Below, piece after piece: positions 27,351 through 37,539 of a DNA stretch of 64,000 nt. Origin of the DNA: Raillietiella orientalis (taxonomy: Eukaryota). The notes under the pieces were generated by a model. The model was not told the DNA's origin and made no database searches. It saw nothing but the letters and a program-made list of their open reading frames with translations. The stretch spans positions 124,001 to 188,000 of the forward strand of contig JAYWIR010000077.1 of the NCBI GenBank assembly GCA_036172245.1, given 5' to 3'. A program made the translations under genes and the position numbers. Within the stretch, counting starts at the first letter, position 1. Every line of letters begins with the position of its first letter.

Positions 27351-29138
27351 ACCAACAGTAACAAGTGCGCTTGGCTCTGCCGGCGACTACATGTAGTCTG
27401 CTGGAATGTCAACGGGCTGAGCGACGGCGTCAGGAGACAGGACTCAACTGCCTAAGAAGCGGCCGTTCGACATGGTACTTCTGCAAGAGATCCCCATGAT
27501 CTCTGCGGAAGAAATCCAGGAAATGGAATCGATTGCGGACGGCAAGCTGCATTGGTGTTGCGACTCGATGCACTCGTGCGAGGTCGCCTTCTTGCTGAAA
27601 CCAACCGTGAAAAGCACGGTACGTGACGTTCAGTTCGACGATGAAGGCCGGGTAGGACAACTTGTTTTCAAGTGGTCCGAATGGATTGACCTCGTTGTGA
27701 CGAACATATACGCACCGAGCGACTCCAACATGTGAAAGGTGAGGAACCGGATTCTTCGAAGCCCCAAAACGCCGTGGTCGGTGGAAGCAGGCGCGCGGAG
27801 AGCCCACCTAATAGTGAGAGATTTCAACAGACCCTTGCTTCAGGTAGGGGTAGAGGCCAGTTCAACCTGGTTAACGAGGGATGCGCAGCAATGCAACTTG
27901 TTGACTGGGGTCACCGGCATAGAGGGCAGCATCGATCACGTCTTCCCTCGACGACCACCTACGCTTGCGGGTCTGTTATCGTGAAAAGGGGCGAATGACG
28001 TCAGACTACGACCGGATTGAGCTGGAATTACTCCCACGAAGGAAAGGTTAGCCTTCCAACGCGTGGCCCCTACCAAGGTATTGGCTTCATCTCCCGGAGG
28101 CTGCTGAACACCTCCGTAACTTCCGGCGAGATGTCATTGTGCAGCAACTCGATGGCTGGGACGAGATGAAGCTCTCAGTTCGAGAGATCTGCACGACCTT
28201 CCTTACAGACTGCCTCCCTGCCGGGTTTGGTGTTGCAAACCCGGCAGAGAGGCAGTCTGGGCTGGTGAGAGAATGCTCAATGAGCACTCGTGTCTCCAAG
28301 CTCGGTGCTTGGCCAAAAAAAGCCAGACGTTCTTCGTCTGGCTGAGATGAAAGCCACGGTTGAGCGACAAGCCTAGCAGTCCGGGGCGACCAGATTAATG
28401 GACAACCAGGACCAAGAAAGCTCGTCCCCGGCAGAAATATGGCGCATCGTGCGCCAATTTTACTCCTGTACACGAGAGCACTACCGGAACTCGACTTCGC
28501 GCAGCAGTTGCTGCCTGAGGGCGTTCCCGCGATCGGGGAAGAGTCGCGAACACTCTTGAGCGAGCCTCCGCAGTTTTCACGGCAGGGGATTCGTTATGGG
28601 AAAGCTCAAAAGTAGGAAAGCAGCAGGGGAGGACGGCCTGCCGGCTGAATTTTATCAGTATTTCGCGGCAGAGCTGATCCCACTAGTGCATCGAATATGC
28701 ACGCTGATTCAGGAGACAGGTGAGGTGCCCGCCTCCTTTCTATCAGCAAGAGTATGTCTCCTTCTAAAGGGAAAAATGTCTTGCCGTTCAGAAAAGTTAA
28801 GGGGCATGAGGCACGGGAGGAAACCTCCACAACATAAGCAACTGGCGTCCAATTACAGTAATCAACATGGACTTCAAGCTGTTCACGAAGCTATGGATTG
28901 AACGCCTGGGGCGGTTAGCGGAAACATTCATCAGCCCGGGGAAGAAATACAATGTTCCTGGACGAAGTGTGGAAACCAATCTGTTCCTGGTCAGCTCCTG
29001 GCTTTAGTTGCTGCAAAGAGTTGAGCCAGTTGGCCAAAGAGGTACTGAATTCCGAGATGGCCAGGGATCGGGAGGTCACGTTTAGTCAAAGGCGCAGGGA
29101 ACCCCTGCGGTAGCAATCGATTTGCGAAAGGCATTCGA

Positions 29139-30061
29139 TTTTCACCCGGGTCTTCGGGACGTTTATTTAGAAAACAAACTTTAACACGCTCTGTGGCTGG
29201 ACCAGTGATCCAGCCACGCCCAAAGAAACAACACAGAGCCTGCCGGGTCACCGGTTCACAGACCGGTACGGTCCACCACGGCAGCAGGGGGGACAAACAA
29301 AAAACTAAGCAAAAAGAAAAGAAAACGTGGGAGGGTCCGGAAAGGGATCACTGTTGCTGCTGGGGCCGTTGCATCCTTCGCAGGATGCCGGCAAGCTCTC
29401 TCTGTATTCCTGGATCCAGGTGGGGCCATCGCGACGCTCTCTCCAAAAATTCAGTGGCGTGCTGGATGGCACCCTTATCGCGAGGTCCTCCCATTGCCTT
29501 GCTCCAAGCGGCGACGATCCCACGAAGGCAGCAGCACAGGGCTGCTAACGAGGCCGCAGGCCGAAGAGCGTCGGACACGAAGAGGGCTTTAACAGCGTCC
29601 TTGGGGTTTCCTCAGGGGATTCCGATGGCCGCGGCAAAGCATAGCCAAAGGGACCGAAGGGCAACACAATCCACAAGGAGGTGGGAGAGGGACTCCCGTT
29701 CCCCACACCTAACGCAATTGGGGTTCACTGCTCCCCAGGTCCAGCGGTGTCGGCGGGCGTTGCAGGGGAGTCCCCAGTGCTGCAACAGGAGCGCCGACTC
29801 CTGCCATTTCAAGGAGAGGGTGCAGGTGTTCATGAGCACCGGGGGCCACTTCAGATGTTTCACTGGAACATTGAACAGCGCGCCCCAGCGTAAAAGTCAA
29901 TGGGGAGGTGTACTCGGGATCGCAGCGTGAGTTAGCTGGCCCGTCTTCCACTCTCCTATTTTCTTCTCCCCTTCGGAAATTTTTATGTTAACCTCCCACT
30001 TCGCCGCAACATCGCTGTCCGAATCTTCCCTTAGGAGGGCCAGTGCAGCAGCGAGGGGGGT
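29139..30061 (-). mobile_element. Insert A: 5'-truncated related Tx1-like LINE (ORF2 C-terminus plus 3' UTR), antisense within the RT
   Basis: Encodes LPCNARRHRWTWGAVNPNCVRCGERESLSHLLVDC (zf-RVT) and ends AATAAA..CCCGGGTGAAAA. Flanked by CGAAAGGCATTCGA (29125-29138) and CGAAAAGCATTCGA (30062-30075). Confidence 0.88.
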
Positions 30062-30075
30062 CGAAAAGCATTCGA

Positions 30076-30172
30076 TTTTCACCCGGGTTTCTCCGGGGCG
30101 ATTATTATTATAACAAACTTTAACAAAGACGTGCTGTGGCTGGACCAGCAAACCAGCATCACGACGCAGTTT
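30076..30172 (-). mobile_element. Insert B: ~97-bp 3' terminus of the same LINE family, antisense at the same site
   Basis: Homologous to 29139-29225 (TTTTCACCCGGG..AACAAACTTTAACA..CTGTGGCTGGACCAG). Right flank AAAAACCATTCCA (30173-30185) is a decayed target copy, after which the RT frame resumes as CADQELLLEHLECPGFPNVF. Confidence 0.8.
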
Positions 30173-32304
30173 AAAAACCATTCCACTGCGCCGACCAGGA
30201 GCTCCTTTTGGAACATCTGGAATGCCCGGGATTCCCGAATGTTTTCCTAGCCTACCTGCGCTCCTGCCGGCGCAAGGATTCTATTAGATTATATTATGAT
30301 AGATCATTAATATTTTTTTCAGCGGAAGATACGTGCACAGCGTGTCGGTGCGGCATGGCATAAGGCAAGGAGACAGCCTGAGCCCGTTGCTCTTCGGCAT
30401 CTACTTCGAGTTGATGCTGAGAGCGTACGGGATAACTTTTTCTGCCCTTCCCAGGTCGTGCTCCGGAATGTCTGCCGTGTCTGCCTATGCCGACGATCTG
30501 CTCATGTCACCCATGTCAGCTCCGGCAGCATCACTCGAGGAATTCCTCGAGCTGATCAGCCAGGGAGCTGGCGTATAAACAGGGCGAAGTCGATTGGGCT
30601 TCCCGTTGTTGCGATGCGGGCTGGGCAACCGGACTGGTTCCGCTTAAGGATCCCCACGGTCAGGTGCTTTAAGTACCTGGGATTCCCGTTGGGGCACTTT
30701 TGTGCAGCAGAAGGCTGGTCCGGTTGCCTCCAAAAGGCAGAATCGGCTCTCAGACGATTTCTGAATGACAAGTTTCTCTTACTGGAACGGGTTGTTCTGT
30801 GGAACATGTTTGTTGCTCCCCTCCTCTGACCCCTGCTTTTTGTTTGTCCTCGGCCCGGTGATGTAAGAAAGCGGACCGAGGACCTCCTGCAAATAGCTTT
30901 CTGGGGAACGCAGAGGTCCCAGGTCGACTTAAAGGACTTGTGAGCGCCGCGTCTGGACGCCGGACTCGGTGTCTTGACGCTGGAGAGGATGAAGCGTCAG
31001 TTCCAGTGTAGAAGATTAGCCCTAGCGGGGAGGTTCTGGACCACACATCGGTGCGTCCCAGCCAGAGTCCTGGCGAAGAGAGCAGCCGGTGTCGAGGGAC
31101 TCGGTACGTTCCTCGTGCATGGCCACCAAGAGTTTCTCCGATGCGGGTACCAACTCCGACAAATGTTTGTCTTGGTCCAGAAGAAAGAATGGATTTCATG
31201 CCGCCCCGCCAACTGTAGTGCCTGCAAACAGGAAACCGTTCCGGCGTGGGCGAAATTAAACGGCACGAGCCTGGAGCCATCGCGACGCCTGTGATTCTCG
31301 AGCTACGCTCGCTGCAGGAAATCATGGACTGCTCAAGGAAGACCATCTGGGCGCGGAACACCACACTTGCGGTTACGCTGGACACCGTGCGACAAATGGA
31401 AATGGTGATTTACCGCAAGATGGGAAGTATCTTGAGAGATCGCGGGGAAAAAGAAGCTGAGATGCTGGACGGCGCGTCACCTGGCTGGAGCATGTACCCC
31501 TGCCGCCCTCCCCAAAGAAATTCGTCGCTGCGGAACTCCTGAACATTTTTCCTGAAGAAGCAGAGATACTTCCAGTGTTTGTGAACAGCTCCACGCTTCT
31601 TCTGAAGTGGCAGGACTCGGCATTGCAGTTGTTGCACTGGGGATATCCCATGCAACGCACGAGTCCACCACTGAACAAGTGGGAGTGTAGTTCCTGACAT
31701 CCAACAGATGCGAGGAACAGGAAACCTTTCTGCACCAGTTCTTGGTTTGTATTGCTCTCCTGAGTGTCTGGGAGCGCTTCGCTGCAGCCCTCCCACTCCC
31801 GATGGATAACGGTGCCTCTTCGACTTCATCCACTCAATGTTGCCTGCAGCTTGCCTGCAGCTCTGTGCTGTCTTTGTGGAGTTGTAGCGGCGAGCAGCCT
31901 CGCCGAAAGAGACCAGTCAAATGATGAGGTCCTCGCAATCGTCTGCTCCTTCATGAGGAAGGAGACAAGATGGCCACATTGCCATCAAAAGCAGGAAGTT
32001 GCCAACACCCTCCAGAGGATGCTGAGGACGTCAGGAAGAAATCTGTGATCCCTTCCCTTTCCTCCCAAACATTTCTAAACTGAACTTTAGTATTCTTTTT
32101 CCCGTTTTTGTTTACCCCTTCCACCACTCCTCCTGTGCGGACCTCATTGGGGAGTTGCTCGCGAGAAGCAGCGCCTCCGAGGCATCTCCCTTCGTAGTGG
32201 TGATGTGAAGCCATCGCGAAGGAAAACATTTTTATATTTTATGTAACAGTTTTCATTGTAAATATTTTTTTTACAATAAATGCCCCGGTATGATAGGGTG
32301 AAAA

Positions 32305-33095
32305 TGAACGATCAACTCCAGAGAAATGGGTGCGTCGTGGGTTTCTCGAGTTCATCGCAAGATAATGCTGGTTGACCCATATTCGGGTGCGGCACTGATA
32401 AAAGCTTCAAAATGGACGCCCCCGAAAAATGGCCGGGATCGGAAGTTGATCCTTCGTGGTCCTTCCAGTGATCAGAATTAAGGAGTCGGTTCCCTTCGGT
32501 TATGAAGATGGAGTCGTCTTCCCTCCCTCGGGGGGACCACACCATCTCGTACCATGGGGATCGGTGGATTGATACCTCTCCAGAGTGTGAAAAAGTGAGC
32601 TGTTCCCTTCGGGAGCGACTCTTCAGAGAAAATTTGAAGCGTTCCTTCGGGATTCTCTTCAGAGAAGTAATAAGGAGCGGTTTCCTTGCGGGTACCCTCC
32701 GGAGAAGAAATTCCAAGAGTGCTGATCCTTTCTAGATTCCATTCGGAGAAGAAATAATGAGGCGGTCCCCTCCGGGGGTCCCTTTGGAGAGAATAAGAAA
32801 GAGGTTCTTTTCGGAGTTCCCCGAATACAACCAGGGTGGAGGGTTCCCTCCAAAGCGTGAGAAGAACGGACTCTTCTCTGGGGTCTTTCCTGGATTCATG
32901 GGGTGGTCCCCTCCTGGGGGTACCCCCCAACTTGAGGAGTCACTATCGCACCCTCGGGTGGAGTGGAACAGTGTTTAAGAGCTGTGTGAGCCCACAGGAG
33001 GACGGTTCTTGGGTACTTAGGGAACCAAAAAAAAAGAAACCCGAAAAAAAAAAAGCTGGAAGGAAAAGAGCGAAAAAGAAAAGAACTCAAAAGAG
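32305..33095 (+). mobile_element. 3' remainder of the interrupted SINE, with internal minisatellite and A-rich tail
   Basis: 32310-32440 matches 6735-6858. 32937-32968 (GAGTCAC..CACCCTC.GG..GTGGAAC) matches 6865-6892. A-rich tail at 33027-33092. Confidence 0.65.
32625..32895. repeat. Degenerate ~36-44-bp tandem repeat (about 5-7 units)
   Basis: Units begin (A/G)GAGAA near 32625, 32661, 32701, 32745 and 32786, each with consensus-like GAGAAGAAATAA.GAG.CGGT.CC.T.CGGG.TCCCT. Confidence 0.65.
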
Positions 33096-33491
33096 CTTCT
33101 ATTAATCAGGTGTGTCGTATTTGGCTTTGGAAAATTAGGAGAGGGATCAGGAAGGTATACATATGAGCAATTATATACGTATTTCACATTTTATACTCCA
33201 AAGGAATTTGAAAAGAATTGAAAGTTTTTTTCTACTTCATCATATTCAAAATTCTATAGTTTCAATTATATGGATTACTTATTCCATGTAAATTATCATA
33301 TAAATCATGTTCAATTATATAAATTATGTTTAATTTCATCAATCTTTAATATTCATTATGTAATATAGAATTTTGTATTAAGTAAATCCTAGTCAGATAT
33401 ATGTGTATTATGGAATGTCATGAAATGTAATATTCATCACAATACCTTTGAGAGGGAACTGAAGATATGATTTATGAATATTTAAGTGTTC

Positions 33492-33540
33492 ATATATATA
33501 TATATATATATATATCCAGTGGATAATATATATATATATA
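33492..33540. repeat. (TA)n microsatellites in an AT-rich block
   Basis: Two TA runs separated by CCAGTGGATAA. Confidence 0.9.
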
Positions 33541-33799
33541 GTATCTTATAAGATAATGAGAAAGGGTTTGGACATGCTGAGAGTTTGTTAAAATTATTGA
33601 AAATTCAGTTTAAGTTTCCAATATTCCTCTTTCTGAATAGTCTACACGTATTAGCAATCATATATATATGTAATGTTTAATTTCGTTTTTGGCCGGACAT
33701 ATTTTTTGAAAAAAGGCACTTTGAATGGAAAGAAAAAAAGGAGTTGTTTCATTTAAATATGCAGGACAAACAAGCCTGGATCATTCTTCTGGAGCTGAA

Positions 33800-34560
33800 G
33801 ATAAGGAAGAGGAAAGCAAACTCACTCTCTTTCGTTATGAATGGATCGTCCACTGGTGTTCGAAAACACCAGTGGACGATCTTGTGTACCAGCTGAGGGA
33901 ATTCCATGCCTCGTCGCCATTGAATAAGTTGTCGCTTGCAACGCCGCTAAGAAAAAAAAAAAAGGCTCTGTTAAGTGGACGCATGGTTACCAAGAGCACA
34001 CCGAGAGAGCAGCTGAAGACATCCAAGCCACAGGAGGGTCTCCTGTTCAATTAATTATCCAGGAAGACAGATCCCCTTCTTCAATGATGTAGCCCAAGCG
34101 CAGATTGTAGAATTGATAGTTGAAGGAATGCTGCAAATTTTTGAATTGAGGAGGAGCTGAGTAAAAGGAAAAAAGCATGGTTTTGTTAGTCAAGGTAACG
34201 GACGGAATTCCTGGGACAAGAAGGAAAGGTCTGAAGAAATCGTCACTCAACAAAGGTCACAATGGTTAGTTTTTTTTTTTAAAAAAAAGGAGGAAGAAAA
34301 AAAATCTGAGGTTATTGCTAGTCGACAGTTATGAAGAGGAATCGAAGACCCTAGGTGGAACACACTAAGAGAAATGAGGGTGCCATTTATTCACTCTTAA
34401 TCAGCCTGCCATAATGGAAAGAAAGAAACCTTTTCGACATTCTACCAGCCGAGAGTGGAACAGCAACGAGCAGAGATTCGATGAGGGAGTCAACGTCATT
34501 TTTGGAAAAACGAACACCAAAAACTCGGATGTGGATTTCATCGTTAAGAAGAAAATCCTT
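33800..34560 (+). mobile_element. Possible hAT transposase C-terminal remnant
   Basis: EDPRW.. followed by DILPA / TS..NEQRFDEGVNVIFGKTNTKNSDVDFIV, resembling the hAT dimerisation motif IPATS..SER.FS.G..I..KR. Weak. Confidence 0.3.
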
Positions 34561-35984
34561 CCAGGACCATGCTGGGCACAACATAATCAAAATCTGACCG
34601 ACTCATTGCATTGATGTCTCTAAGTGTGTGTGTGTGGGGGGGGGGGGAAGAAAAAAAATCAAACAAAGGGAGGAAGCCAAGCTCAGCTCCTTCCAAGTGA
34701 TGAAGCACAAAGGAAGAAAGAGTTAAAAATAGCCGTGTCTTCACATTTGAGAGAGGGAAAAGCAGCGTTCAAGAGAGACAATCGAAAAGATAAAAATAAA
34801 ATGAGCTGCAACTAATTTGCTCCATTAGTCATTTGTTTTTTTCGGAAACTTGGATTTCGTTTTTTCAGATACATATGGGAGGGAAGAGGTGCTGCCCGAA
34901 CACATGAGAAAAGCCAGGAATGCAAGTGCAAGAAAGTCCCCACTTCATGAAAAAATAAATCCGACCCTGTGCATTCAAGGGACAGGAGGAATGTTTTTCT
35001 TCTCCATTAGAAGAAGGGCTTAAAATTGAACACGGATAAATGATGGCGATGTGGAGGGAGCATTTTCTCTGGTAATTATTGACATCTACTGTCTACGCGT
35101 CAAGACTGAGTCATGAAAAATTGTCAGTATCCTTTCTGGATCCAAATCAATAGCTTTTGGGGGAATAAAGAGCATCGGGAATGGCTCGGTACACTTGGCT
35201 AAGTGTCCTGCCACGTGTAGTGGAATTTCCTTTCCATTGCCACGTGAGAAGGAAGGTCTACTGCACCTGCCGCTTCATATCCTTCTTTCCATCCACCTTG
35301 GCAACTAAAACTGAGATCTTCCGTTTTTAAGGACCCTGATCTGTTTCTGTGAAACGTTCTTCCACTGCCTTTGTCTCAGTGGATGAACAAGTATCTGCAA
35401 GGCAATTAACCACACGCAAAAGTTGAGAAACCGTCAGAAGTTTGTGAAGAATCCCACAGACAAAAAAGGATCATTTTAAGGAAATCAATCGGTGACTTGC
35501 TGAAAGAGGAAAATTTGGGGAGGGGGGGGGATGACGGGTAAATAAACTATACAGTTTCAATGTGCTATGTAGTAACTAGTTTTATTGAATGGATCACCAA
35601 ATATCATTCATTTAATATAAAACTAGAAGAAACTATCAAGAATTCATTACATTCCATCAGAAACTCATATGAAATAGAACGGACCTGATAAACAAACAAG
35701 GAAACAAAGAGCACACAAAAAGTCAGTAATTGGAAACACTTTTAACGGATGGCAGCTGTGAGGCATTTGTTGTGAATACATTAAACGTTGATGTACTTTA
35801 GATTTGGGAACAGCAACAAGGAAGGCTGCTTGTATTGTGGGCAATCAAGGGCATTTCAGGGTGGGATTCGCGGGGAAAAAAGCTGTTCAACTGAGACCAT
35901 CGTGGAAATTAAAGCATGAAGCTACCCGAATGCATCAACCCCTAATGGGGAGTTTTAAGCCAAAAAAAAAAAAAATTTTTTTTG

Positions 35985-36460
35985 ACATGAGCGCAAACCC
36001 TATGCGTGTCCCACATTGTTCCCCGACTGGCAGGCCCTGAAAAGGGTTATAGGGATGCCCATCACTTCGGTCATGGGAATTCTAGCAGGGATGTTCCAAG
36101 GAAATGGGAACGTTCCCTGTTGCAATCCCATGGTGAGGACGACCATCGCCCTCTTCATCACCGCCATCCTTGCGCGATGGTGGAAGGTGAAGCCCCAGGA
36201 CGGCCGTATCTCCAATGGAAATCCTGAAAGAGCTCATCCGGAAGGAGATCGGGACAAGAAACTGCGGGAGGGTGCCGGCCGGGACGTACCGACACATCCT
36301 GAGAAGGATTGAGGTAACCGCCCAGGCACGAACGACGACCAGTCCCCCCCTAAGTGCAGAACCTCAGTGCCACCCCAGGAAGCTGACTTCCAGTGCTTCC
36401 TTCCTAGTGTGATTGAAAATTGTAGTGTGAATGATAGAAAAATAAAATCACCCCACCCCT
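35985..36460 (+). mobile_element. 5'-truncated L1/Tx1-like 3' fragment
   Basis: GC-rich island encoding YACPTLFPDWQALKRVIG...TIALFITAILARWWK (end of zf-RVT and ORF2 tail), followed by AATAAA near 36440. Confidence 0.4.
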
Positions 36461-37539
36461 TGCGTGACTTTGGGAAAATCTAAATTACCAAAATAAGAGC
36501 TTTCTTCCTATAAGTGCGTAATGTGTATTTTTTTCTCCATTTTTTTACATAATACTTTCACAAGATGGAGCTGGTAAATGCACGAAAGATTGTAATGGAA
36601 AGACTGTCAAAAGTCACCTTCCAGACATCTTTGCCACGTTCTCCCGTTCTCAAAGATCCCATAAAAACGACTCTGGAAAATGTCCTGAACTGCTGGGAGA
36701 AATTACAAATCAGCGGGGAAGCAAATCGAAATTTGAAAGGGAGCCTTCTTCCTCTTGAAACCCGATTGCGAACTTTGGAAACCAGACTCATAACGATCTA
36801 TTGAGTCTTTGCCTTTCAATTCGAATGTGGAATCCATGAGTGGACTCCTCCACAATATTCTTGCACATATACGTTTCAGAAGAGATTAACATGTGTATGT
36901 ACAATGACTTGGGCAAATCGCATGCTCGCTGTATTGAGCAGGCGTTGTTTTATGGCATTTATGAAGAATCTAACGTCCTCGAAAATGGAACGTCCTTTTT
37001 TGGCTCCACATTCCAGAGGAAAACGACTTTGAACAAGAAAAAGCAAGCATTTTGTTTCAACTGGTTTCTTAAGGGAAAAAAGGAACGCTCGTGCATCCCA
37101 TTAGGAACAGACAACACCGCACAACTCAGTTCATCCGTATTTCCATCATTTTCACGGTCATACACAGTCACGGGATCTGGGTAACCAGAGCCACTAAATG
37201 GTTGCCCAGTTACAGAGATGGCTATTGGAAAGTAGGCATTCAGTGTGCTAACTAGCCCTGTAAAAATCGATCTCTGAAATAATTAAAACGAAGGCATTTT
37301 TTTATTAATCGCTCACTATAAGTAAATAATAATAAAAATCGAATAATCAGAGCTTATGACAAAGCTTATTGACAAAGCATTGGCAAAGTAGTAAAAGAAG
37401 GGGAAAAAAGCATCGTTTATTCCAAGTTTTCTCTTGAAAACCGCTTCTTGGAGTTGTTTTTAGTAACCGATACCAAACAGTAAGAATCCTTTTCCTCCAT
37501 GTTTTCCTTCTTTCCTTAACTGAGAAGGAGTCTGTTCTC

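Larger units (their letters stand above)
27390..32048 (+). pseudogene. LINE ORF2 (APE endonuclease - reverse transcriptase - zf-RVT), frameshifted and interrupted at 29139-30172
   Basis: Endonuclease: VCWNVNGL, MVLLQE, NIYAP, RDFN, IDHVF. RT: KAAGEDGLPAEFY, NWRPITVINMDFKLF, IDLRKAFD, GIRQGDSLSPLLF, AYADD, KYLGFP. C-terminus: PCNAR..RCEEQETFLHQFLVC. Confidence 0.92.
25698..32304 (+). mobile_element. Near full-length, degenerate Tx1/L1-clade LINE (ORF1 + ORF2) carrying two nested insertions
   Basis: Gag knuckles, APE endonuclease, RT and C-terminal zinc finger in order, then a T-rich 3' UTR. It ends AATAAA..CCCCGG..GGGTGAAAA at 32304. The 5' boundary is uncertain by about 20 bp. Confidence 0.9.

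Noticed and set aside
29193..29930. 245-aa plus-strand ORF
   Set aside because: It is the GC-rich antisense shadow of insert A's ORF2 fragment.
29125..30190. ~100-bp direct repeats read as LTRs or as a twin-priming inversion
   Set aside because: There are no TG..CA ends, PBS or PPT. The repeats are LINE 3' ends, and insert A is too diverged from the host C-terminus, which is itself still present.
32625..32895. CRISPR-like periodic repeats
   Set aside because: The units are contiguous and degenerate, with no unique spacers or cas genes, in a eukaryotic context.
35198..35246. Paired TGCCACGTG E-boxes
   Set aside because: No linked gene or promoter evidence; could be chance.
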